From Candidatus Heimdallarchaeum aukensis (GTDB taxonomy: Archaea; Asgardarchaeota; Heimdallarchaeia; Heimdallarchaeales; Heimdallarchaeaceae), in assembly GCA_021513695.1 (NCBI GenBank), contig CP084166.1:1536001-1600000 (forward strand): a DNA stretch of 64,000 nt, given 5' to 3'. The notes beneath the pieces are model-generated. The model was not told the origin of the DNA, did no database searches, and saw only the letters and a program-made list of their open reading frames with translations. How positions within the stretch are numbered: position 1 is the stretch's first letter; every line of letters starts with the position of its first letter. This document shows positions 8,994-19,128 of the stretch, one piece after another. The position numbers and the translations under genes are program-made.

Positions 8994-10879
8994 AGGAGTT
9001 TCATTGAATATTCTTTCATTGGTTCGAATAGTTTTACTCCAGTTCTTTCTTCCACCAAAGAAATGATTTTATCATATAATTTCTCATAATCAAACTCTTT
9101 AATATCATTCTTTCCTGGTAGTACTATTCCTTCTTTTTCTGCAATCTCTAAAGCTTCTTCATATCCTGCAGCAGCATGACGAAGAATTGCACTTAGAGGA
9201 TCCCAAGTTAATACTCTGAATAGTTTTTCTTGAGCTAGTCTTGTTCCATCTGCGACTATTACTTGTCCTGCATGTAAACTATATCCTACTCCTACTCCTC
9301 CACCACCATGATAGCTTACCCATGTTGCTCCCGTAAGTGCGTTTCCTAGTAGATTTAAAACAGGATAATCTCCAATTGCATCACTTCCATCTTTCATTCC
9401 TTCTGTTTCTCTATTTGGAGAGGCAACAGATCCTCCATCTAAATGGTCTCGCCCTATTATCACTGGTGCTTTTAGTTTGCCTTCAGCTACAAGTTTGTTC
9501 ATTAGCATTCCAAAAGCAGCTCTACCTATAAAACCAGCCCAAAATACTCTAGCAGGTAATCCTTTCTCAAATGGAATATATTTAGAAGCGAGATTTATCC
9601 AGTTTACAAGCTGTGGATCATCATAGAACAGTTTTTTGGCATACTCATCTGTTACTCTTATATCTTCAGGATCATTACTTAAAGCGGCCCATCTAAAAGG
9701 CCCTTTACCCACACAGAATAGGGGGCGAACATATGCAACAACAAATCCTGGAAAATTGAAAGCTTCTTCTACTCCAAGTTCATAAGCTTGTTGTCTAATG
9801 TTATTTCCATAATCAAAGGTTTCAGCCCCTCTTTTGTGTAGTTCAATCATAAGTTTTACATGTCTCTTAACTGTTTCTTTTGATCTTCTCAAATATTCAT
9901 CGGGGTCAGTTTTTCTTAATTGATCTGCTTCTTCACAAGTCATATTTTGAGGATAATAACCATTCAACAAATCATGAGCTGATGTTTGATCTGTCAAGAG
10001 ATGAGGAGTAATATTATGGTCAACCAGATATTGGAGAAGGTCAACAGCATTACAACAGACACCTATAGATACAGCTTCATTACGTTCTGCGTATTCTCTT
10101 GCAATATTTACAGCTTCTTCTATATCATCTGTCTTTATATCAAGGTATGGAGCTCCTTGATCTCTTCCTTCATTATACATTCTGTCTACTAATTTTGGAT
10201 TAATCTCAGCAATAATTGAGACCCTATTGCACATCTTTGCCGCTAAAGGTTGAGCCCCAGACATTAATCCAAGACCAGAGGAAATAAATAATTGTTTTTC
10301 AAAATCAGAGAGTTTTTCATAAGCTTCTTTACTTTGAGCAGATTTAATTGCTGCTGCGATAGTCTCATAAGTTCCTTGAATTATTCCTTGTAACCCTATA
10401 AAGATGAAAGATCCTGCAGTCATTTGTCCATATACTGTAAGTCCTGCATCCACCATTTCTTGAAAATAAGGAGTCCAATGAGGTACAATAACACTATTTG
10501 TTATTACTACTCTTGGAGCCCAGCGCGTTGTTTGCATTTTACCATAAGAAACTCCAGATTGTAAGAATAGTGTTTCATTAGGTTCTAGAGTTTTCAACAA
10601 CTCGATTGTTTCAAAAAAGGATTTCCAATCCCTTGCTACTTTACCTGAACCTCCATAAATATAAAGAGTTTTCCAATCTCTTCCGTTGTGAAGATTAGAA
10701 AGCATAGCTCGAATAACTGCCTCTGTTTCCCAACCCGCTTTGGTATGAGGTTTAAGAGCTTCTTCTCCCTTGGGTAAGGGAGGTATCTCTTTAGGCATGT
10801 GATCCATTCTTAATTTTTGCTCTTCAGAGAGCTTTTCTTCTCCCGCAATTATTTTTTCTAAACGGTTTCTATAACCCAT
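8990..10879 (-). CDS. hutU: Urocanate hydratase (urocanase)
   Basis: A 629-aa protein with the length and general sequence character of urocanase. Other Hut enzymes are present elsewhere in the window. Confidence 0.7.
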   Translation of the reverse strand: MGYRNRLEKIIAGEEKLSEEQKLRMDHMPKEIPPLPKGEEALKPHTKAGWETEAVIRAMLSNLHNGRDWKTLYIYGGSGKVARDWKSFFETIELLKTLEPNETLFLQSGVSYGKMQTTRWAPRVVITNSVIVPHWTPYFQEMVDAGLTVYGQMTAGSFIFIGLQGIIQGTYETIAAAIKSAQSKEAYEKLSDFEKQLFISSGLGLMSGAQPLAAKMCNRVSIIAEINPKLVDRMYNEGRDQGAPYLDIKTDDIEEAVNIAREYAERNEAVSIGVCCNAVDLLQYLVDHNITPHLLTDQTSAHDLLNGYYPQNMTCEEADQLRKTDPDEYLRRSKETVKRHVKLMIELHKRGAETFDYGNNIRQQAYELGVEEAFNFPGFVVAYVRPLFCVGKGPFRWAALSNDPEDIRVTDEYAKKLFYDDPQLVNWINLASKYIPFEKGLPARVFWAGFIGRAAFGMLMNKLVAEGKLKAPVIIGRDHLDGGSVASPNRETEGMKDGSDAIGDYPVLNLLGNALTGATWVSYHGGGGVGVGYSLHAGQVIVADGTRLAQEKLFRVLTWDPLSAILRHAAAGYEEALEIAEKEGIVLPGKNDIKEFDYEKLYDKIISLVEERTGVKLFEPMKEYSMKLL

Positions 10880-10978
10880 ATTGATGCCTTCTCTTTTTTT
10901 ATGTGAACATTTTCATCTATTAAAAAAAACTTTCCTTTTGTATTTTTGGTTTTAAATAGTATTATCTCACATAGTTAA

Positions 10979-11752
10979 ATGATAGATGTGACGACTTCTA
11001 GTGATAAGAGTAAACTAGAATTCAGCAATTTATTCTTTGCGACCATAGAACAAAGAATATCAGACTTATCTAGTTTTGACTCTTTGCAAAAAAAGAGAAG
11101 TGAAAGAATGATTATAGAACTTTCTCTCTTTTTCAATAAATTCTTCTCCAAAGAGATAGTACAAAAAACAGCTTTAGAACTTATCTTAAAATTAGAGAGG
11201 TTTTTCGAAAATGAAGTCAAATTACAGAGACTAACAAAAGTCCGAGTTGCACAATATTATTTAATATTGTTTGACACTAATCTTTCTCACCTAGGAGAAA
11301 AAATAACTCCAATACATCTTGAACTTTTAAAAAAGAATAAAATTATTCCAAAAAAAAGTAAAATATGTAGTTATCTAGAAATAAAGAAGAAACAAAAGGA
11401 GTTAGAAAGAAAAAAACTAATTCGGAAGGTTAATAATGTAAAATTTAGTGAATTGATTAAAAAACGTGTAAATAGTATCTTGCAAGAATGTGAAACAGAT
11501 GAGATTTTTAAAAATAAATTTGCCAACAAAATCAAAGAAAGAACCAATGTTCTTTTAAGTAAAGGAATAAAACCACATATCGATGCTAACCAAGCTGCAA
11601 TTGTTATCATTTTATCAATATGTAGAGATCTTAAAGTAGATAGAAAGATTTCAAAAAGAATAATGGAAAACTACTGTGAAAAGTATGATTTGGACAAAAA
11701 AAAGATTAGAAGGCAATATTATCAATTTAACAGACGAATTATAAGAGAGTGA
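10979..11752 (+). CDS. Hypothetical Lys-rich protein, possibly a cyclin-fold (TFIIB-like) protein without a Zn ribbon
   Basis: The C-terminal segment GIKPHIDANQAAIVIILSICRDLKVDRKISKRI...YDLDKKKIRRQYYQF resembles the second cyclin repeat of TFB/TFIIB. Weak, from memory. Confidence 0.3.
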   Translation: MIDVTTSSDKSKLEFSNLFFATIEQRISDLSSFDSLQKKRSERMIIELSLFFNKFFSKEIVQKTALELILKLERFFENEVKLQRLTKVRVAQYYLILFDTNLSHLGEKITPIHLELLKKNKIIPKKSKICSYLEIKKKQKELERKKLIRKVNNVKFSELIKKRVNSILQECETDEIFKNKFANKIKERTNVLLSKGIKPHIDANQAAIVIILSICRDLKVDRKISKRIMENYCEKYDLDKKKIRRQYYQFNRRIIRE

Positions 11753-11802
11753 TTTTCTAAATATAAAAGAGCGATTTTCTAAATATAAGAGAGTGATTTT
11801 CT
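11744..11802. repeat. Tandem direct repeat of about 22 nt, (A)GAG(A/C)GTGATTTTCTAAATATAA, 2.6 copies, at the end of the 10979-11752 gene and upstream of purP
   Basis: agagagtgattttctaaatataa / aagagcgattttctaaatataag / agagagtgattttct, read directly. Confidence 0.6.
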
Positions 11803-11882
11803 TGTTAACAAAATTTTTCATTAAGAAAAGTGCAATAACTTTCTATCAAAAATTTATTATAATTTTTATTTAAATGTAAATT

Positions 11883-13037
11883 ATGAATTCAAAAAAGAAT
11901 GATCCACTTGAAGAAAAAGATATAGTTGTTAAACAGACTCTTACAAGTGGACCTCTATTTAGTGAATTACTTGAACGATATAATAAAGAGAACATAACTA
12001 TTGGTGTTTTAGGTTCTCATTCTGCTTTAGATGTTTTAGATGGAGCAAAAAGAGAAGGATTTAGAACCTTAGTTGTCTGTGAAAAAGGGAGAGAAGAGCC
12101 ATATATCCGATTTAAAAGGATAATAGATGAGATTATTACTCTGGACCATTTTTCTGATATTTTTGATATTCAAGATGATTTAATCAATAAGAACACAATA
12201 TTTGTTCCAAACAGGAGTTTTACTGTTTACTGTGGAGCAAATAGAATAGAAAGAGGATTTAGAGTTCCAATTTTTGGAAGTAGAAATCTATTAGGAGTAG
12301 AAGAAAGACTAGGACCACACAATTATTACCAGATTTTGGATCAAGCAACTATAAAATATCCACGAGTTTATAATTCTCCTGATGAGATTGATGGCCCTGT
12401 AATAGTAAAAATGCCTCATGCAAAACAAAGAGTTGAAAGAGGATTTTTCATTGCCAAAAATAAAGAGGATTTCGAAAAAGAGTTTGAAAAAAGAGTCATA
12501 GAGGGAATAATAAAAATAGACGATTTAAAAGAAGCTTCTATAGAAGAGTTTGTATCGGGTGTTCCATTCAACTTCAACTTTTTCTATTCACCACTCTTTG
12601 ATAGAGTAGAATTAATGGGTATTGATAGGAGATTTGTAACTGACTTAGATGGAATTGTTCGAATCCCAGCAGAACAACAACTTAAGTTAGGATTAAAAGA
12701 AGAGATGAAAGAGATAGGTAATTTTGCTGTTACTCTTCGAGAATCAATGCTTAGATATGTTTTTCCAATGGGTGATTATTTTGTTGAAGCAACAAAAAAA
12801 CTCTATCCTCCAGGAATAATAGGGCCCTTTGCACTACAAACAATGGTAACAAAGGATTATGAATTCAAAGTTTTTGATGTAAGTATGAGAATGGGGGGAG
12901 GAACAAATTCATTCATGGGAATTGGTAGTAATTATTCCTCAATATACTGGGGAGAACCAGTTTCAGCTGGAAGGAGAGTGGCAATGGAAATTAAATTTGC
13001 TGTAAAACAACAAAGGTTAGCTTACATAGTCACTTAA
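11883..13037 (+). CDS. purP: 5-formaminoimidazole-4-carboxamide ribonucleotide (FAICAR) synthetase PurP, ATP-grasp
   Basis: N-terminal LGSHSALDVLDGAKREGF (PurP signature region), ATP-grasp C-terminal half, and purine-biosynthesis neighbourhood (guaA downstream). Confidence 0.65.
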   Translation: MNSKKNDPLEEKDIVVKQTLTSGPLFSELLERYNKENITIGVLGSHSALDVLDGAKREGFRTLVVCEKGREEPYIRFKRIIDEIITLDHFSDIFDIQDDLINKNTIFVPNRSFTVYCGANRIERGFRVPIFGSRNLLGVEERLGPHNYYQILDQATIKYPRVYNSPDEIDGPVIVKMPHAKQRVERGFFIAKNKEDFEKEFEKRVIEGIIKIDDLKEASIEEFVSGVPFNFNFFYSPLFDRVELMGIDRRFVTDLDGIVRIPAEQQLKLGLKEEMKEIGNFAVTLRESMLRYVFPMGDYFVEATKKLYPPGIIGPFALQTMVTKDYEFKVFDVSMRMGGGTNSFMGIGSNYSSIYWGEPVSAGRRVAMEIKFAVKQQRLAYIVT

Positions 13038-13299
13038 TTGCAGAAAAATGCAATAATTGTTTTTTACCATTTTAAAAAAACAAGAAAGATTTATACAATC
13101 ACCTATTTTTCTCATATTTTTGTCATCGTCAGACTCAGAGAAAAGTTTGTATTTGCAAAATGTTGTAAAGATGTTTTTATGGAAAATCTTTGAAAAAGGC
13201 TATAAAAAAAGCGAAAATGATAAGAATGAGCAAAATTGAGTTAGAAAAATAACTAAAAAAATATATACCATTCATTTTCGGTTGGTTTGAGGACCAATC

Positions 13300-14295
13300 A
13301 TGATAATTAGTACTGTTGGAAGCCATTCTGCTCTCCAAATTCTTTATGGAGCGAAAAAAGAGTCATTTTCAACAAAGGTTTACTGTTTGAAAGGCAAAGA
13401 ACAACTCTATAAAAGATATCCAGTTGCAGACCAAATAATTACATTAGATAGTTATAGTGATCTTTTAGATAGGAAATATGAGGGAGAAGAAATTTTTGTT
13501 CCTCATGGTTCTATTATTGCCACTTTAGGAAAAAGAGCACTTGACATTCCTATCCCAATGATAGGAAACAGAGAAGGAATGTATTGGGAGATGGTAAGAG
13601 AAAAAAATTTAGAATTACTAAACAAAGCAAAAATTAGAACACCTTATACATATAAACCAGAAGAAATTGACCGATTATGTATTGTTAAGTTTCCAGGAGC
13701 AAAAGGAGGAGATGGTTACTTTTTATGTTCAAGTTATCAAGAGTTTGAAGGAAAAATTGATACGATAATCAAAGAAAAAAAAGTCTCAGAGGAAGAAGCT
13801 TCGAATGCTCAAATTCAGGAATACATTGTGGGCGTAACAATGTATCCTCACTATTTTTACTCTCCAATCTTCGATAGAGTGGAGCTATTAGGAATCGATC
13901 GTAGATATGAAACCAATGTTGATGCATTAGGAAGACTCTCACAGTCATTCTCTAAAATTTATCCAACTTATACAGTAGTTGGGAATCAACCGTTAATCGC
14001 AAGAGAATCACTTCTACACAAAATATTAGATTACGGAGATTTGCTCCGAGAAGTGTCAGTAGACTCTTTTCATCCAGGTTTAATTGGTCCCTACTGTATA
14101 GAGATGGCATTAACTGATAAGGAAATTGTCGCTTTTGAATTTACCAGTAGAATTGTCGCTGGAACAAGCTTATACATCTCAGGTTCCTTATACTCAAAGA
14201 TATTATTTGATGAAGAAATGAGCATGGGAAGAAGAATTGCAAGAGAAATAAAACTCGCTAAGGAACAAAATAGATTAGATGATATTATTTCTTAA
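13300..14295 (+). CDS. PurP-family paralog (FAICAR synthetase-like)
   Basis: Shares [39 protein letters not shown] and other blocks with the upstream PurP (YSPLFDRVELMGIDRRF). Confidence 0.6.
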   Translation: MIISTVGSHSALQILYGAKKESFSTKVYCLKGKEQLYKRYPVADQIITLDSYSDLLDRKYEGEEIFVPHGSIIATLGKRALDIPIPMIGNREGMYWEMVREKNLELLNKAKIRTPYTYKPEEIDRLCIVKFPGAKGGDGYFLCSSYQEFEGKIDTIIKEKKVSEEEASNAQIQEYIVGVTMYPHYFYSPIFDRVELLGIDRRYETNVDALGRLSQSFSKIYPTYTVVGNQPLIARESLLHKILDYGDLLREVSVDSFHPGLIGPYCIEMALTDKEIVAFEFTSRIVAGTSLYISGSLYSKILFDEEMSMGRRIAREIKLAKEQNRLDDIIS

Positions 14296-14310
14296 AAAGA
14301 GCTGAAAAAA

Positions 14311-15819
14311 ATGGATAAAATTGGCATATTTGATTTTGGTGGTCAGTATTGTCACTTAATAGCTAGAAGAATAAGAGAATTAGGTGTTTATTCCGAAATA
14401 ATCTATAAACCTAGTGAAGAATATGTAGCTTATATTTTGTCTGGTGGTCCTGGAACACTAACGGATTCAGAATCTCCTAAATTACATGAAAATTTCTTTG
14501 AAAAAATCAATGTTCCTATCTTAGGAATATGTTATGGACACCAAATGATAGCTCAATCTTTTGGGGGAGAAGTAGGAAAGGGAAAAGAGCGTGAATATGG
14601 GAAAAAAATCGCAACCTTAAAAACAGATTCTCCATTATTTAAGGGTCTAGTAAATAATGAACAAGTTTGGATGAGTCATTTTGACGAAATTAAAAAATTA
14701 CCAGATGGTTTTGAAGTAATTGCTCAAACAGACATATGCAAAATTGCTGCTTTTCAAAACTTGGAAAGAAAAATATTTGGTATCCAATTCCATCCTGAAG
14801 TTAAACATACAATTAACGGATTAAAAATCCTTGACAATTTTCTTGATATTGTAGGTTGTAGAAGAACCTATAACTTAGAAGATTGGGTAAACAAAAAGCT
14901 TACAGAACTTAAGAGAGAAATAGGTGACAATAAAGTAATAATGGCTTGTTCTGGAGGAGTAGATAGCACAGTAGCTGCGGTATTGTTAGCAAAAGCTGGA
15001 ATCAATGCACATTTTATTTACGTAGATACAGGATTAATGAGATTAAATGAAACAGAAGAAGTAAAAGAAATTTTTTCAGAACTAAATATTCCTAATCTTC
15101 ATGTAATCAATGCAGAAGAACGTTTTTTAACAGCGTTATCAGGAATTTCTGATCCAGAGAAAAAGAGAAAAATAATTGGTCATTTATTCATCGAAATATT
15201 TGAAGAAGAAGCTAAAAAATTGGGAGAATTCGATTATTTAGGACAAGGGACTATTTATCCTGATAGAATTGAAAGTGCTCAGCCTAGTAAACATGCTACT
15301 GTAATAAAATCCCATCATAATGTTGGAGGTCTTCCAGAAAAAATGAATTTAAAATTATGCGAACCTTTAGCAGATTTATATAAAGATGAGGTAAGAAAAG
15401 TAGGTAAAATGTTAGGTTTGCCAGAAAAATTCACTAGAAGACATCCTTTTCCAGGTCCTGCCTTAGCAATACGTATACTAGGTAAAATCGACAAAGAGAA
15501 AATAGAGATTCTAAAAAAAGCAGATGCAATAGTTACAGACATCATTAGAAATCACGGTCTGTATGACCAATTGTGGCAAGTTTTTCCTGCCTTAATTCCT
15601 GTTAAAAGTGTAGGGGTCATGGGAGATGAGAGGACTTATGAATGGATGATTGCCATTCGAGCCGTTGAATCAATTGATGCGATGACTGCAGATTGGGCAA
15701 AATTACCATATGATATTCTCGAGGAGATTTCTAACCAGATCATTAACAAAATTAAAGGAGTAAATAGAGTTTTGTTTGACATTACAAGTAAACCTCCTGG
15801 AACGATTGAATATGAATAA
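14311..15819 (+). CDS. guaA: GMP synthase (glutamine-hydrolysing)
   Basis: N-terminal class-I GATase (GICYGHQ catalytic Cys; H/E further on), a SGGVDS PP-loop, and a C-terminal dimerisation domain. Confidence 0.85.
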   Translation: MDKIGIFDFGGQYCHLIARRIRELGVYSEIIYKPSEEYVAYILSGGPGTLTDSESPKLHENFFEKINVPILGICYGHQMIAQSFGGEVGKGKEREYGKKIATLKTDSPLFKGLVNNEQVWMSHFDEIKKLPDGFEVIAQTDICKIAAFQNLERKIFGIQFHPEVKHTINGLKILDNFLDIVGCRRTYNLEDWVNKKLTELKREIGDNKVIMACSGGVDSTVAAVLLAKAGINAHFIYVDTGLMRLNETEEVKEIFSELNIPNLHVINAEERFLTALSGISDPEKKRKIIGHLFIEIFEEEAKKLGEFDYLGQGTIYPDRIESAQPSKHATVIKSHHNVGGLPEKMNLKLCEPLADLYKDEVRKVGKMLGLPEKFTRRHPFPGPALAIRILGKIDKEKIEILKKADAIVTDIIRNHGLYDQLWQVFPALIPVKSVGVMGDERTYEWMIAIRAVESIDAMTADWAKLPYDILEEISNQIINKIKGVNRVLFDITSKPPGTIEYE

Positions 15820-15934
15820 TTATATTTTGAGAAATGAGGAGTCCGATATACAACCAATATTTCACATTTAGGAGTTGTTTTCACACACATGTTTTTTGCA
15901 AAATCTATTTAAGCAGTCAGTTCACTTTATTTTT

Positions 15935-17296
15935 ATGAAGGTAGTAGTTATTGGTCATGGTTCGACTGGTTGGACAGCTGCAACCACCCTTCGTGCTTGG
16001 GATAGGAAATGTGAAATCACTGTTATTGACATGAAAAATTATGATGTTTATCATCCTTGTGCAATGCCCTATGTAATTGGTGGACTTTTTGAGGATGAAA
16101 CAGCAATCATTGAAAAACTGAATTATGAAAGAATGAAAATAAACTTTTTACGAAAGCACAAAGCAACAAAAATTGATAGAGAAAATAAAATTGTCAAAGC
16201 CATAAGTCTTGAAACAAACGAAGAAGTTGATTTAGAATATGATTATGTTATTATTGCTACAGGTTCAAAAGCAAAATTACCACCAATTGAAGGAATAAAA
16301 GAAGGTAAAAATGTCTATACATTAAAATGGATAGAGGACTCTGAAAAGATACGTAAAGCAGCCGAAAATGCCAAAAATGTAGTAGTTATTGGAGCTTCAG
16401 CAATTGGTTTAGAAGTTGCAACGGAACTTGCACACCGTGGAATTGATACTAAAGTATTAGTTCGTTCTCGTATTATGCGATTACTTGTTGATCCTGATTA
16501 CGGTGAGCTAATTGTAAATCTTCTAGAGGAGAAACTACCAAAACTGAAGTTTTTATTAGGCATTAATGCTCAAAGACTTGTCTTAAATGATGAGGGGTAT
16601 GTAACAAAAGTAATTACAACTGAAGGAGAAGAATTAGAAGCAGATCTGGTTATTGCTGCAGCAGGAGTTGCACCAGAGGCAACATTAGCTAAAGAAGCAG
16701 GATTAGAAATTGGTGAGACAGGTGCAATTGTGACTGACGAAGAACTAAGAACATCAGACAAAAATATTTTAGCTATAGGAGATTGTGCAGAAACCATTCA
16801 TCTAGTCTCAAAAAAACCAGTGAATTCTGCACTAGCAACATGTGGAGTAAGAATGTCAAGAGTTGCTGCAATGACTATTGCAAAACCAGGAACACTCAAA
16901 TTCCCAGGAACACTAAACAACTTTATAGTTCCATACATTGACATCCGAGTAGGTTCAGTAGGATTAACTGAAACTGCTGCTAAAGAATTAGGATTTGAAA
17001 CTGTCTCTGCAAAAATAAAAACATTTGATAAACCTCATTATATGCCTGATAAAACAGACTTTTACTTCAAGCTAATCGTAGACAAACAAACAGATAAAAT
17101 TCTAGGTGCACAAGCTATAGGTTCAGATTACACTATAACCAATCTCAATATTGTAGCTTTAGCTTTACAGAAAGAAATGACTTTTCAAGAATTACTAGAA
17201 GCAGACCTTAGCTATGCTCCTGCAGTCAACGAAACAATTTATCCTGTCACTCAAGCTTTAGAATTTATTGCAAGAAAAGTGTTAAGAAAAAGATGA
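15935..17296 (+). CDS. FAD-dependent pyridine nucleotide-disulfide oxidoreductase, CoA-disulfide reductase or NADH oxidase type
   Basis: VVVIGHGSTGW FAD-binding GxGxxG; single redox Cys in HPCAMPY (Nox/CoADR signature SFxxCxLPY); second Rossmann VVVIGASAIGLE; C-terminal dimerisation domain. The ORF track begins at 15875, but the likely start is the ATG at 15935. Confidence 0.7.
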   Translation: MKVVVIGHGSTGWTAATTLRAWDRKCEITVIDMKNYDVYHPCAMPYVIGGLFEDETAIIEKLNYERMKINFLRKHKATKIDRENKIVKAISLETNEEVDLEYDYVIIATGSKAKLPPIEGIKEGKNVYTLKWIEDSEKIRKAAENAKNVVVIGASAIGLEVATELAHRGIDTKVLVRSRIMRLLVDPDYGELIVNLLEEKLPKLKFLLGINAQRLVLNDEGYVTKVITTEGEELEADLVIAAAGVAPEATLAKEAGLEIGETGAIVTDEELRTSDKNILAIGDCAETIHLVSKKPVNSALATCGVRMSRVAAMTIAKPGTLKFPGTLNNFIVPYIDIRVGSVGLTETAAKELGFETVSAKIKTFDKPHYMPDKTDFYFKLIVDKQTDKILGAQAIGSDYTITNLNIVALALQKEMTFQELLEADLSYAPAVNETIYPVTQALEFIARKVLRKR

Positions 17297-17425
17297 GATA
17301 GAATTTTTCTTTTTTTAATTATCTTTTGTTAAAATAGTTTATTGACTTTTTTTCAAATTGTTGATATCCTTTATAGATTCTGAAAAACATTTATATCTAT
17401 AAAAAAAATCAATTAACTGATTACA

Positions 17426-18586
17426 ATGACAGAATTAAAAAAAACCCCCATGTGGAAAATCCATGAAGAAGCAGGAGCTCGAATGATTGATTTTTCAGGT
17501 TATTACCTTCCTGTTTCTTATACTGGAATAGATAAAGAAATTATGGCTACAAGAGAAAATGTCTCAATTGTAGAAGTCTCTGATATGGGACGTTATGAAA
17601 TCAAAGGAAAACATGCTTACAAGATTATGGAAATGGTTACTCCAAGAGACATTCAAGGAATGTCTGATATGAAATGTGGATATACTTACTATCTTAACGA
17701 AAGAGGAGGATACAGAGACGATACCATAATTGGAAAATTAAACAATGAACACTTCTTCAACGTATGTAACGCTGGGTCACAGACTAAGAAAGTCTTAGCA
17801 TGGGTGAAAAACTTTGTTAAAATTGTTGAAGATCTTACAGGAGAACCACATGAATTTATTGATTGGACAGAAAAAACAACAATGTTTGCTGTTCAAGGGC
17901 CAAATTATAAGGTTATTTTAGATAACTTGGGTGTTCCAGACACTGGACGGTGGAAAATAGTCGAAGCAGAAGTTGAAGGAGCTAAATGCTTATTCACTGG
18001 AACAGGGTACACTGGAGAGATGGGTTTTGAAGTAACAATATTTGATTCAACAGTAGAAAATCCAGAAAAAGGAATCAAAGTCTGGAATGCAATTCTAAAA
18101 GCTGGAGAAGAAGTAGGAATTGCCTTATGTGGTCTTGGAGCGAGAGATGCTTTACGTATTGAAGCAGGATTACCCCTATATGGAGAAGATATACATGAAG
18201 ATGTTAATCCCATTGAAGCGGGATATGATTTTCCAGTATTTATGAAAGTGGATAAGGAACCTTGGTTCTTTGGAAAAGAAGCCATCCTAAAAGCTAAAGA
18301 AGAAGGAGTAAAAATAAAGCATGTAGGTATTATTTTGTTAGAAAAAGGCATTTCTAGAGCTGGATACGACATTCTTAATCAAGATGGAGAAAAAATAGGT
18401 TATATGTGCAACGGAGTTAGATCACCTATCATGAATGCAGGTGTAGGAATGGGATACGTTGACATAGAATATTCAAAACCAGGAACAGAGCTTTTTGTAC
18501 AAATAAGAAAGAAACAAGTTCCAGCAAAAGTGTCAAAATTGCCATTTTATGATACTTCCAAATGGGGATGGAAGAGAAATAAATAG
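17426..18586 (+). CDS. gcvT: Glycine cleavage system T protein (aminomethyltransferase)
   Basis: A 386-aa protein upstream of gcvH and gcvP. Typical GcvT blocks (GYTGEMGFE). Confidence 0.8.
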   Translation: MTELKKTPMWKIHEEAGARMIDFSGYYLPVSYTGIDKEIMATRENVSIVEVSDMGRYEIKGKHAYKIMEMVTPRDIQGMSDMKCGYTYYLNERGGYRDDTIIGKLNNEHFFNVCNAGSQTKKVLAWVKNFVKIVEDLTGEPHEFIDWTEKTTMFAVQGPNYKVILDNLGVPDTGRWKIVEAEVEGAKCLFTGTGYTGEMGFEVTIFDSTVENPEKGIKVWNAILKAGEEVGIALCGLGARDALRIEAGLPLYGEDIHEDVNPIEAGYDFPVFMKVDKEPWFFGKEAILKAKEEGVKIKHVGIILLEKGISRAGYDILNQDGEKIGYMCNGVRSPIMNAGVGMGYVDIEYSKPGTELFVQIRKKQVPAKVSKLPFYDTSKWGWKRNK

Positions 18587-18703
18587 ATATTTTTTCTTTT
18601 TTTTTAATTATCTTCTTTTTTTAAACCTTTGTGGTCTCTGAACAAAATTTATAAACTTAGTTTCACTTTTCTTAACAATTAACATAATTTTGAGGTAATA
18701 GAA

Positions 18704-19126
18704 TTGACAGAAGAAATTGTGATAAAGGACAAATATGTTATAAAAAAAGAGCCATTCAAATACACAAAAACCCATGAGTGGTTACTTGAACAAGAAGATG
18801 GAACATGGCTCTATGGAATCACAGGATATGCAGCTACAGAACTTGGAGAACTCGCTTTTGTAGAGTTTCCAGAAGTAGGAGACACTTTTGAAGCTGAAGA
18901 ATCAATGGGTGTTATTGAGGCTTTGAAAACAGTATCAGATTATTACGCACCATTTGATTGTGAAGTAGTAGAAATTCACGAAGAACTTGAAGACGATGCA
19001 AATATCATCCATGAAGACTGTTATGGTGAAGGCTGGATGCTAAAAGTCAAACCAACAAATGGTACTGACACACTTATTACAGCTGAGGAATACGCTGAGA
19101 TTGTTAAAAAGGAAATTGAGCATTAA
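18704..19126 (+). CDS. gcvH: Glycine cleavage system H protein (lipoyl carrier)
   Basis: 140 aa, with the lipoyl-lysine motif region ESMGVIEALKTVSD. Confidence 0.85.
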   Translation: MTEEIVIKDKYVIKKEPFKYTKTHEWLLEQEDGTWLYGITGYAATELGELAFVEFPEVGDTFEAEESMGVIEALKTVSDYYAPFDCEVVEIHEELEDDANIIHEDCYGEGWMLKVKPTNGTDTLITAEEYAEIVKKEIEH

Positions 19127-19128
19127 AG

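Noticed and set aside
13057-13239. 60-aa ORF between the two purP paralogs
   Set aside because: Low-complexity translation in an AT-rich spacer; likely non-coding.
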